From positions 1-64,000 of IMG/VR virus record IMGVR_UViG_3300023174_004998: 64,000 bases of DNA. One strand, given 5' to 3'. Made by a program: the position numbers and the translations under genes. Each line of letters begins with the position of its first letter. Within the stretch, counting starts at the first letter, position 1. Origin of the DNA: a virus. The notes beneath the pieces are model-generated. The model did not search any database and was not told the DNA's origin. It worked only from the letters and a program-made list of their open reading frames with translations. Below are positions 35,866 to 44,673 of this stretch, piece by piece.

Positions 35866-36808
35866 CTAGTGTACCAAGCCCAGGCATGTTGAACCATGTG
35901 CTCCAAAGAAAATTTAGGAGCCCATCCTAGGGAATTAAATCGATCTGCGGATGCGGTAAGCACAGCTGGATCTCCTGCACGAACTGGACCAATTTCCAGA
36001 TCAACACGCTGTCCTGTTATTTTTTCAGCCATGTTGATGATATCGCGATTACTGAATCCTTGGTTGGTTCCTAGGTTAAAAATACCAACAGGAACATCAG
36101 GGTTCATGGCCATGACATGTGCGTCGGCAAGATCCTCCACATGTATATAATCTCTGATGCAAGTGCCATCTGGTGTGGAATAACTGTCACCGTAGAGAGT
36201 AAACGTTTTCCCATCTCTAATACTTTCAAGTACTCGAGCAATGATGTGTGTGGCTCCAGGTGCTTGTCCATGTCGTCCTTGACTATCAGCACCGCAGGCA
36301 TTGAAATAACGGAATGCCACAAAATCTAAGCCGTATGCTGTGGCATAACTTTTCATCATGAATTCAACCATGAGTTTACTTTCACCGTAGGGACTGATAG
36401 GAATAGCAGGATCTTCTTCCTGGCACGGAGTCATGATAGGTTCACCATATGTGGCCGCACTTGAGCTGAATATTACTCGAACATTTTTGTGATGATTTGC
36501 AATTAAAAAATCCAATAGAGTTTTGGTCTTGACAAAATTGTTGTGATAGTATTCTTCTGGATTCATTACACTGGGACCAACCAAACTGGTTCCAGCACAG
36601 TGAATGATAGCATCTGGGCAAAATAACTTAATGGCATCCAGTCCTAGCTCGCTGGCAAAGTCTCCTGTGTGCCACGAGCATGGTACTGCTATCAAGTTGC
36701 CCGGAGGCATCACACGATCCATGGCAAGTACATCATGCCCAGCATCTACTAATTTGATAGAGTTTCGCCGCCAATATACCCTGCGGCTCCGGTGACCACG
36801 ACCTTCAT
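35862..36808 (-). pseudogene. galE: UDP-glucose 4-epimerase with a 1-nt frameshift near 36760 (real lesion or sequence error)
   Basis: MKVVVTGAAGYIGGET in one frame; IKLVDAGHDV..SSSAATYG..PYGESK..RYFNACGA..RDYIHVEDLA in the next. Confidence 0.85.
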
Positions 36809-38004
36809 TGTTCGATCTTCACTACAGGATACTTGGCATGAGCCACATGGTCACGATATCGAGCACCACTACGCAACCACTTCTCGCCAGAGCCTTCAAG
36901 AATGTCAACAATACGATCCACAGTGCCGTTGTTCCAGTCTGATATCAACCCCATGTTGTGGTGTGGCTTTTCCAGCAACAAGGCCAGTTTGTTGAATGGG
37001 TCATCTTCGCTCCAAGGGATATAGAGCCTATCAGGGTCATTTGCAAAAGTTTCAGGGAAACTGCGATAAGCAGGATATAGAACATTGGCTCCGAGTGTAT
37101 CTGCTTCACTGACAGTGTTTGAGACCCAATCTTGTAAAGCACAGTTGAACAGCACACGAGTATCATTAAGGAGAGCATAGTAGTCATTCTTTGAAAGATT
37201 TTCAAAAATCTGTAGTGTGCCTTCATCGCTCATCTTACGGGCACGTTTGACATAGTCGGGATTGTTTGAGCGTAACGGTCCGCCGGAAAACACAGCAAAG
37301 CTGACATCCTTGTAGACTTTCTGATATTCTTCAGCCAAGTCCATAAAGAAGCCAGGTTGTTTTTCTTGATCGAATCTAGCGGCAAAGCCCACACGTTTTT
37401 GTCGTTGTTCAAATGGTCGGATATTTTCCTTGCCACCAATGCGTTCCAGCACTTCTTCCTTGCCAAATGCCAGGCCTGAGATGTTATAGATAGGTGCCTT
37501 CCACCCTGCGATACGCATGTGTGCTACCATTTCTTCATTGGTAGCTAACACGCCAGTCACAAAGCAGTTGACCATTTTTTCATACGTCGACATCCATTCT
37601 GCCATGCCCCAAACATGAACGAAGTCATCAGGATCAATGGCCTGAGCAAGACAGCGAACAAAAATACGAGGACGCTGGCTAGGATCCACTTGATCGAGAA
37701 TATAAGGTAGGCTCTCGATACCGGGCTGAAACATGTCTTCAAAGTAGATAACATCTTCATTGGTGACTTCTCCATTGCGCATCATTTGTACCAGATTCAT
37801 CATTTGGCTCATACCAAAGTAACTGCGGCCGTGTGCATCTAGAACTTGGCCAACACTGATGCTCTGTGTGTTGTCAATAGTATTGCCAGGCACATAAACT
37901 ACTTCGAGTCCTCGACGATCAAACACACGTCGATTCCACTCAGTTAGTTGTAGAGTGTATCGAGCTTCATAACTCTCTAAACCCATGTAAAATAATTTTC
38001 TCAT
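36805..38004 (-). CDS. GT-B fold glycosyltransferase, possibly DNA-modifying
   Basis: ARFDQEKQP, QDWVSNTVSEA..LGA.VLYP..RSFPE. Confidence 0.65.
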   Translation of the reverse strand: MRKLFYMGLESYEARYTLQLTEWNRRVFDRRGLEVVYVPGNTIDNTQSISVGQVLDAHGRSYFGMSQMMNLVQMMRNGEVTNEDVIYFEDMFQPGIESLPYILDQVDPSQRPRIFVRCLAQAIDPDDFVHVWGMAEWMSTYEKMVNCFVTGVLATNEEMVAHMRIAGWKAPIYNISGLAFGKEEVLERIGGKENIRPFEQRQKRVGFAARFDQEKQPGFFMDLAEEYQKVYKDVSFAVFSGGPLRSNNPDYVKRARKMSDEGTLQIFENLSKNDYYALLNDTRVLFNCALQDWVSNTVSEADTLGANVLYPAYRSFPETFANDPDRLYIPWSEDDPFNKLALLLEKPHHNMGLISDWNNGTVDRIVDILEGSGEKWLRSGARYRDHVAHAKYPVVKIEQ

Positions 38005-38369
38005 GAAAGATATTCCTTGAATTTTTCTTCGTACACTCGATAGTCAATTTTTGTAATTTTAATATTTTTTTCCAAAGAAAGCATATCTAATGCCCAATCT
38101 AATGCCAAAATGCTGGGGTCATAAACAAACTGGTCACCGTCTTTCAAAGTATGGTCATTGAAGATATCCGCTAAACTAGCCAGTACATTTCCTATAAACC
38201 AAATCTGATCAATGGGCGAACAATAAACTCCAGTGGGGATGTTTTCAGAATCTGGAAAGATTTCGTACACTGCATCTTCAGTCTGTCCCTTGAAAAGTTG
38301 TCTTAAATTTTTTACTATTTTTTTATGTAGTATATAATTTTTTAGATCATGTATGTAATAATAATTCAT
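38001..38369 (-). CDS. Hypothetical AT-rich gene
   Basis: ORF with AAAGGT SD. Confidence 0.5.
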   Translation of the reverse strand: MNYYYIHDLKNYILHKKIVKNLRQLFKGQTEDAVYEIFPDSENIPTGVYCSPIDQIWFIGNVLASLADIFNDHTLKDGDQFVYDPSILALDWALDMLSLEKNIKITKIDYRVYEEKFKEYLS

Positions 38370-38398
38370 TGTTACCTTTCGGTTTTTGTTTTAATGAA

Positions 38399-38665
38399 TC
38401 ACCGACGATCTACACGAGGACGTCGATCATCTCGACGGAAGTCTGGTCGGTAGCCTGCAAATCTGCGGCTATCCTCAGTCCACATATTTTTGGGTTCTTT
38501 GCCCGCTTCCAACTTACGGAACTGCTGGAACGGATATGACCGATTGTTGTAAAGATCTGCTGGATCATAGCGATAGCCATAGTCCACACAGAAGTTGAGA
38601 TACTTGTCGAGGTCTTCCCAGACAGCACGACTACGAGGATTGGGTTTGAACAGGGTTCGGCCCAT
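38399..38665 (-). CDS. Hypothetical protein
   Basis: AAGGA SD. Confidence 0.6.
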   Translation of the reverse strand: MGRTLFKPNPRSRAVWEDLDKYLNFCVDYGYRYDPADLYNNRSYPFQQFRKLEAGKEPKNMWTEDSRRFAGYRPDFRRDDRRPRVDRR

Positions 38666-38676
38666 ATTAGTTTCCT

Positions 38677-39126
38677 TTAAATAACAATTGAAAGATTAGG
38701 ACGGTGAGTATTATACTTAATGAGGCAGCCGTTCTCACCATCTTCGGCCACTTCAATCCACACTGCACGACCGGGATAACGGCCTGCAATTTGTAGATAC
38801 AGATCGTCTGCGATCATCTCGCAAGACTTCCAGTCAAGTTCTAAAACGGAACTTTGACCATTATACAGCGACTCGAGCCATCGTTTAAACTGGATGAACT
38901 CGATGTCCCGGTCATTGTGGAACACATCGATCCACACCCGGAAATGAAAAATGTGCCTATGAGGACTAGCAAGAAACGAAACATCATACTCTCCCGCGGT
39001 GCATAACGCTGGGTCTGTAGCCGCCGCAGGATATTTATGGATACCCTCTTTGCGGAATGTGATCCAGATCTTGCGCTCTGCACTTTGCATGATCCGATCT
39101 ATGGTTTCTCTTTCGCTGGCAATCAT
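38677..39126 (-). CDS. QueD-paralog T-fold protein (DpdL-like candidate)
   Basis: LASPHRHIF in place of QueD CxxxHGH; RDIEF, SCEMIA, EDGENG. Confidence 0.65.
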   Translation of the reverse strand: MIASERETIDRIMQSAERKIWITFRKEGIHKYPAAATDPALCTAGEYDVSFLASPHRHIFHFRVWIDVFHNDRDIEFIQFKRWLESLYNGQSSVLELDWKSCEMIADDLYLQIAGRYPGRAVWIEVAEDGENGCLIKYNTHRPNLSIVI

Positions 39127-39350
39127 TCTGCGTTCCTCATTTCTTGAATCCACTCATCCACACGAGCTTCGGCTTCGGGTTGGCTCATAGCTGGTACTGT
39201 GATACGATATGGTGTTCCTGGTCTATGACTGATATCGTAGCGTATAGTTCCACTTAGAATCATATCGTTTTCGTCACGTAACACAGTGAATTCCTGTAAG
39301 TGCTGAGCACGATAAATTGCTTGTTCTGCTAGTTCTTTAACGTCATTCAT
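39123..39350 (-). CDS. Hypothetical protein
   Basis: ATGA overlaps. Confidence 0.5.
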   Translation of the reverse strand: MNDVKELAEQAIYRAQHLQEFTVLRDENDMILSGTIRYDISHRPGTPYRITVPAMSQPEAEARVDEWIQEMRNAE

Positions 39351-39862
39351 TTTGATTCCTTTTGTTGGAATGGCCAATCAGTTGATGGAGTTAGTGGAGT
39401 GGGTGATACATTTTCTTCTATAGTCTCATTATACGCATCTTCGTCTACTAAGTCAATCTTTACAGGACCTAAAATGGCAACATGATCGTCTTCAATTTCC
39501 CAATTATGATCGCCGTCGTACAACCAAGCAGTACCGCAACGACCATCCTCGTCTTCTTGATCCCAACGCAGTATGGCTTCAATTTCTTCTTTTTCCTCAT
39601 CAGTAAAGTCATCATCAAACTCTACCCAAATACCACATAAATCATCAAGTTCACATCCCCAACCTACATCAGGACGACAATGCACACGATCCATTTCAGT
39701 ATCATACACTGGGTCATCCTCTTCGCGAAAACCCTGCCCCCAACGCCAAGTCTCTGTGACCTGGAACCCACGAATGCTACCATCTTTTTTGCGTTCGAAC
39801 ACATCTACAAAGTATTCAACTGATTTCTTTTCCAGTGGAGTAATACGATATAGTTTTGCCAT
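39347..39862 (-). CDS. Hypothetical acidic protein (start MAKLY)
   Basis: ORF; start adjacent to the upstream stop. Confidence 0.55.
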   Translation of the reverse strand: MAKLYRITPLEKKSVEYFVDVFERKKDGSIRGFQVTETWRWGQGFREEDDPVYDTEMDRVHCRPDVGWGCELDDLCGIWVEFDDDFTDEEKEEIEAILRWDQEDEDGRCGTAWLYDGDHNWEIEDDHVAILGPVKIDLVDEDAYNETIEENVSPTPLTPSTDWPFQQKESK

Positions 39863-39863
39863 G

Positions 39864-40376
39864 TTATAGTACCTTGTCTTGAGTATATTTAGACCAGTCA
39901 GTAAACACCGAACGTTTTTGTAAAGCATGCAGACTGTGGCACCACACACCAGGATTAGTTGCACGGAAATCCTTGTCATCAATCTTGAGTGTGGCATTAT
40001 ATCCAAACTGTTGGATATAAGGTAGCTTGACACTGATCATTGGGATAAAGTTATGATATTCTACCAAAGCACTTTCTAACAAACCTTCTGCTTGGTTAAC
40101 ATCAAGATCTAGTGTGCAAAGACAATCAGCATCCAAACACGGGCGAATCATTCCTTCCCAACTTCTCCAACCATCACCATCATTGGTATCCAACTTTGGA
40201 AAACTCTGATTGGCTCCAAAGTAGATATGTGTGCAATCATTGGCCAGGGCCATATCCATCACAGTGTCAGCATCTTGTACACCTACCACAAACAAAGTTT
40301 TTTGTCCGTATGCAGGAGAATGTTCTACTTCTGTGCCTACAAAGAAGTCTACTGTTTCGTGTCCAGGTCTATCCAT
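39864..40376 (-). CDS. Conserved-looking hypothetical protein in the dpd cluster (start MDRPG)
   Basis: GTEVEH..TLFVVG..HIYFGANQSF..KIDD.DF..TNPGVW. Confidence 0.6.
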   Translation of the reverse strand: MDRPGHETVDFFVGTEVEHSPAYGQKTLFVVGVQDADTVMDMALANDCTHIYFGANQSFPKLDTNDGDGWRSWEGMIRPCLDADCLCTLDLDVNQAEGLLESALVEYHNFIPMISVKLPYIQQFGYNATLKIDDKDFRATNPGVWCHSLHALQKRSVFTDWSKYTQDKVL

Positions 40377-40824
40377 TTTTATTCCTATGAGTTTCACACA
40401 GAGTTGAGATCCATCCTTGGCCGCCTGTGGTGCCAGGGTTACCACATTGTTCACAGGTAACAGCACTCATACTTTCCGCCATACGTACCATACCGTCAAT
40501 GATATCATCGCCGCCTGTGTAGTAAAAACGCAGTGTGCCAAACTTTTCTTTGACTTGATCCAGCGTTACTTGCGGAATAGCATCAGGAACTGGTCTCATA
40601 TCTTCTGGTGGTGCGGTACTGTTAAATCTAATAGCCCAGCCACGTTGTTTTTCTTTCCAATCAATGTGATGTTGAATATTGCCCATGAGACTGTCTAGTA
40701 TTTGAAACCAGCCATCGCCACATTCAAAACCCCAACACATGCAGGTTTCGGTCATAGGCTTGTTGCGATTGACCAGCATCTTGGGATACTTTTCACACAA
40801 CAGTTTGTCCAGTTCTTGTTTCAT
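40369..40824 (-). CDS. Hypothetical phage protein (QVKEKFGTLRFY, C-terminal Zn ribbon)
   Basis: ECGDGW, CEQCG..W..TLC. Confidence 0.65.
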   Translation of the reverse strand: MKQELDKLLCEKYPKMLVNRNKPMTETCMCWGFECGDGWFQILDSLMGNIQHHIDWKEKQRGWAIRFNSTAPPEDMRPVPDAIPQVTLDQVKEKFGTLRFYYTGGDDIIDGMVRMAESMSAVTCEQCGNPGTTGGQGWISTLCETHRNKNG

Positions 40825-42365
40825 TACACTTGATTTTCTAGTTGGTCTAGCAAGGTTTCATCAAATTCTTCTACAGGCACAACTTCTTCTTCGACATCAA
40901 ATAAGTTATTAAACATAGTGTGAGCATTGGTAGCACGTTTACCAGTAAAGCCTCTTGTGCCCACTACCCTTTCCCATATTGTAGCATACTCATCAATTAT
41001 TGCCAAGCTCTTTTGGCGATCACGGGCGGCAAACACTCGATCTATAATAGGGCGTACATCAAAGTCTGGGTTGATTGGGTGAACCATCATGTCTGGTGAC
41101 TCGCCTGCATCGTAGCGTCGATTGGCTTCTTGCACTGCTCGAATATGGTGCCAAACATTATGTCCCATCATCAGTGCGTAACTAAAACTATCCCATGAAG
41201 TACGACCTTCTTTGCCAATCTTATTTAGGTCACCAGGTTTGTAGATACAAACATCTTTGATGGCCATTCTGGCAGAAATCGGTGAGTCTTCAAACACATC
41301 ATGTATGTTATCCTGTAACACAGCATCTCTAAAGGTGCGATTGTCTGTAGCATACTTTTTGTCATCAGCTGTGGGGCTCATCATGTACGACCACTTGCCA
41401 CGATTGGCTGTACGAAGTTGAGTATAGATCTGTCCGTTGGCAGTGGCCAGGAACGGTGATGCACAGTCAAACGATATAGTAAAGTTGGCATTGTGATATT
41501 TGCGGATAGCACGTTGAATGTCTGTGAGTAGCACAGCCCACTCTAGTTTTGATGTGCCCAAGAAGTGCATCCAATCGTGTACACCTTTTTCCAACAATCC
41601 ATCGTGTATCAAATGCACCAAGCGTTTGAGAACCAAGTGTACATCACACATGTTCTGACCTCCCATGCCCCAGCCGTTGAAATGCTTGTTTGGGTACTTG
41701 TTGGGATCTGAATAGTGTTTCATGAGATCATACCAATGATCAGCTTCGGCATGATTACCACCTTGTAATACGTTTAAGATCTTGGTGTCACCGTAGCGAT
41801 TGGCAATCCAGAACTCGTTGTTGTATTGTGTAGCTGTCACAGCATCTTCATAGCTGTGAATACCCGACGCCTTGGCTGCCACTGGATCACGAAATGTCCA
41901 TGTAGGAATATCCATGGTCATGCCATAAGTGGATATGCCCATTTGCCATTTAAGAACTTTCTCTCGTTGTTGCTCTGACTTTTTATCTGTAGGGTCTGCC
42001 CAACGACCAGGCCACACACCTTTGGCAATCTGGAATCCGCCTGAGTCTGCTAACATAATAGTGTTAGGATCTCTGTTGCGAACCATGTCTTCTTTGGCAT
42101 CAAACTTGTTCAAGTCTAAATTGGCGTGTCCAGCTGAATACAACGACCAACGATATGGAAACAAGGCCTTGGTTGGATTGAGCCAGTTCATACTTTCCAT
42201 GTCACCAATTCCCGATGGTAGGCGGCCCGGGTCAAGACCTACTCCGTGTCGCTCACGTCCAATGTATCCAGCATAAAAACTGCTGATAGCAGGAAGAAAC
42301 ACAGCATAGTCGCTTTGTTTAGCAGTTAAATTGTCCTGTACTAGTTGTTCTGGTTCTCTGTCCAT
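40824..42365 (-). CDS. dpdA: TGT-fold 7-deazaguanine DNA transglycosylase (DpdA/DpdA2-like)
   Basis: ADSGGFQI, MDIP, VLQG, GWGMGG, HFLG, SFDCASP; no TGT Zn site; co-located with folE/queD/queE. Confidence 0.78.
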   Translation of the reverse strand: MDREPEQLVQDNLTAKQSDYAVFLPAISSFYAGYIGRERHGVGLDPGRLPSGIGDMESMNWLNPTKALFPYRWSLYSAGHANLDLNKFDAKEDMVRNRDPNTIMLADSGGFQIAKGVWPGRWADPTDKKSEQQREKVLKWQMGISTYGMTMDIPTWTFRDPVAAKASGIHSYEDAVTATQYNNEFWIANRYGDTKILNVLQGGNHAEADHWYDLMKHYSDPNKYPNKHFNGWGMGGQNMCDVHLVLKRLVHLIHDGLLEKGVHDWMHFLGTSKLEWAVLLTDIQRAIRKYHNANFTISFDCASPFLATANGQIYTQLRTANRGKWSYMMSPTADDKKYATDNRTFRDAVLQDNIHDVFEDSPISARMAIKDVCIYKPGDLNKIGKEGRTSWDSFSYALMMGHNVWHHIRAVQEANRRYDAGESPDMMVHPINPDFDVRPIIDRVFAARDRQKSLAIIDEYATIWERVVGTRGFTGKRATNAHTMFNNLFDVEEEVVPVEEFDETLLDQLENQV

Positions 42366-42988
42366 TTGTGGTTCTTTGCTCGTGTTATCAATCTGTATCC
42401 GCCGTGGTCTATAGGAGCCCACACAAAAAAATCATCGTGTACTTGTTGAGTAGTTGGCGGTTGCTTGTCCTCAGTTTGTATGCTCCAGTCAGGGAAAATA
42501 TGAAATCTATGATTGGGTATTTCTACCAAGGTATTCACACCCAACGGTCCATAGTGAACACATTTGCCCCACGCACTTCCTAAAATAATCCAATCTTGTA
42601 CTTCTGGCCAATAGTAATGCCCTTGATGTATAAAAGTTTCTCTTCTACTTAGGTGCACCGTTTGTTGATCAAATAATTTGTCATGTATGAGTCGAGTTGT
42701 GTGACACTCACCGGCATTTTTAATCAAATCAAACAGGGCATTATCATTGACCTGACTGTTGATAGTATCAGCGGCCCAATGATAGTTCTTAAGTGTATTA
42801 TAAATGCTTTTATCTGAATAGTCAATGACTATATTGGTTGTACAGTTTACTACACCAGCAATGGGATATTGAGCCAATTGAGTCAGAGCATTTTGATAAA
42901 ACTCATTGTTGGTGTCATCCTGCCAAACGTCAATGCAAAGCACTCCCCAAACCGGAGGTGCTTTGTATCGTACTACATCTCTAATCAC
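42341..42988 (-). CDS. Isochorismatase-like protein, paralog of 24474-24962
   Basis: VLCIDVW, ILGSAWGKCVH. Confidence 0.35.
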   Translation of the reverse strand: MIRDVVRYKAPPVWGVLCIDVWQDDTNNEFYQNALTQLAQYPIAGVVNCTTNIVIDYSDKSIYNTLKNYHWAADTINSQVNDNALFDLIKNAGECHTTRLIHDKLFDQQTVHLSRRETFIHQGHYYWPEVQDWIILGSAWGKCVHYGPLGVNTLVEIPNHRFHIFPDWSIQTEDKQPPTTQQVHDDFFVWAPIDHGGYRLITRAKNHKWTENQNN

Positions 42989-43716
42989 TTGCTGAGTGCT
43001 GGAAGGATATAATCATAAACAGCAATACCGCTGTCAACTGTGATCTTTGTAGCACCATCATCACTGATACGCACAGTTTTGTCTCCTGTGAGATTCATGA
43101 TAGAAATAAACTGTGACACTGGCCATAACCAAGGGCGGGTAAGTTTACCTGATACGCCTGGTTGAAACACAAAGTCACCTGCGTGTGTGCTATGATCGCC
43201 AAAGAAAAACTTCAAGTCGCCGTTTTCTGTCTTGGCCATGAAGTTTGGAGTCTCTGCGTTGGCCTGTGCCTGCATCTTGAGACGTTGAATAGCGGCCACT
43301 GTGGGCTCAAACTCCACTGCCCATGGCACCGGTTTCATTTTAAATTGTTTGAGCTGTTCTGCAACAACTTCTGACACCATGAAACGATAGTCGTTCTTGA
43401 AGTCGCCGACCTTGTTTTCAAAGTGTAAGCCCACTGGACTATCAACACCGTTGCGGTTTTGCCGGGTCACTGTGATTTGTGCATCTTCTTTGTACTCTTG
43501 TAAGTTTAACAAGATTTTGAGCTTGCCAAGATTTGGCATACCAAATGTGCCAATGAAGTCTGCCACTGGCGTGGCAAACTTGGCCTGCAATACCACGCTC
43601 TTGTCTGTGGCTACACCATCAATGGTGGTCTCTTTGTCTGTGCCTGTGATCTTGATCAATTCAATACACCCAAGATCATAAGTGTGTTCTACTAAATCTA
43701 ATAAATTATCTCTCAT
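42985..43716 (-). CDS. Probable sliding clamp / polymerase processivity factor
   Basis: 243 aa, beta-rich two-domain pattern, ends YDYILPA as in clamps; near the polymerase. Confidence 0.45.
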   Translation of the reverse strand: MRDNLLDLVEHTYDLGCIELIKITGTDKETTIDGVATDKSVVLQAKFATPVADFIGTFGMPNLGKLKILLNLQEYKEDAQITVTRQNRNGVDSPVGLHFENKVGDFKNDYRFMVSEVVAEQLKQFKMKPVPWAVEFEPTVAAIQRLKMQAQANAETPNFMAKTENGDLKFFFGDHSTHAGDFVFQPGVSGKLTRPWLWPVSQFISIMNLTGDKTVRISDDGATKITVDSGIAVYDYILPALSK

Positions 43717-43728
43717 CGTTTTCTCCTA

Positions 43729-44673
43729 TTAAATGCTTGATATTCTGCCTAGTGTTTGCCCGCCTCGTAAACTGGTTTTAGTTCCGGACTTCTGTAACTC
43801 CAACCAACTTACATTATTTTCCAAATCAAAACTTGATGCTATTCTAAAACCAATTTTTTCAGCCATGGCCTTGACACGTTTGCCTGGTGTATAACAATAA
43901 TACGAATTTTCAAAATTGTCAACCCCTATTGGATAATCGCAATTATTGTAAGTGAATATCACCATACCTCCGGGTCTAAGCAATAGATGTATTTCTTTGA
44001 GATACCGTTCAATCAACTCCAGAGGACGGAAGTTAAAAAAATCCACAGCCACAATCAATCCAAATTGATGTTGTGGAAGTTGATGAAATATACGTTTCTC
44101 ATTTTCTTTGACAGTGTAGTATCTTACCCGAGTTTGATATTCCGGGGTCCACATCTTCTTGACATTTTTAAATAATTCTGGATCAGTGTCTACCAGGTAC
44201 AATGGATCACACGCAGTGAGATGTTGAGAAATATCACCGTATGCCGGTCTTATTTCCATGGCTGGCCATTTCCAATGCCCAAGATCTCTAATCCTGCCAG
44301 AGAAGAAGTCCAGTGTTTCTTGTTGATATAAAAGTTTCTTAAAGTTGTGTCTATCTAAAATATAGTCAGCAGAGTCGTTGACGCCTTCTTGATAAACTGT
44401 TTGACTTTTAGCATAGTATGGTTCCTCTACACTTTTAACAAAGCCATCCAGAGCTTGTTTAAATCGCTGTATGTCCTGATCAATGGTGTCGAGTGTGTCT
44501 AATGCTAATTTTTTATTGTCCTTCATAGCGGTCTTGATGTTGTCAAAATCTATATTTTGCACATCAAGGTCAGTGATTACATGTTGTAGTAGGCTTTCAA
44601 TTTCATCGTAGACATGCTTGACACTGAGATTGTCAACCATGAACTTATAGGTGATTAGTCGGCTGAGTTTCAT
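43729..44673 (-). CDS. Coiled-coil plus class I methyltransferase-like protein
   Basis: FGLIVA..FFNF..LLRPGGMVIFTY. Confidence 0.55.
   Translation of the reverse strand: MKLSRLITYKFMVDNLSVKHVYDEIESLLQHVITDLDVQNIDFDNIKTAMKDNKKLALDTLDTIDQDIQRFKQALDGFVKSVEEPYYAKSQTVYQEGVNDSADYILDRHNFKKLLYQQETLDFFSGRIRDLGHWKWPAMEIRPAYGDISQHLTACDPLYLVDTDPELFKNVKKMWTPEYQTRVRYYTVKENEKRIFHQLPQHQFGLIVAVDFFNFRPLELIERYLKEIHLLLRPGGMVIFTYNNCDYPIGVDNFENSYYCYTPGKRVKAMAEKIGFRIASSFDLENNVSWLELQKSGTKTSLRGGQTLGRISSI

Noticed and set aside
36755-36765. Programmed ribosomal frameshift in galE
   Set aside because: No slippery sequence or obvious stimulatory structure.
40824-42365. Canonical tRNA-guanine transglycosylase (tgt)
   Set aside because: No CxCxxC Zn site, much larger, and the replication/que context fits DNA-acting DpdA better.
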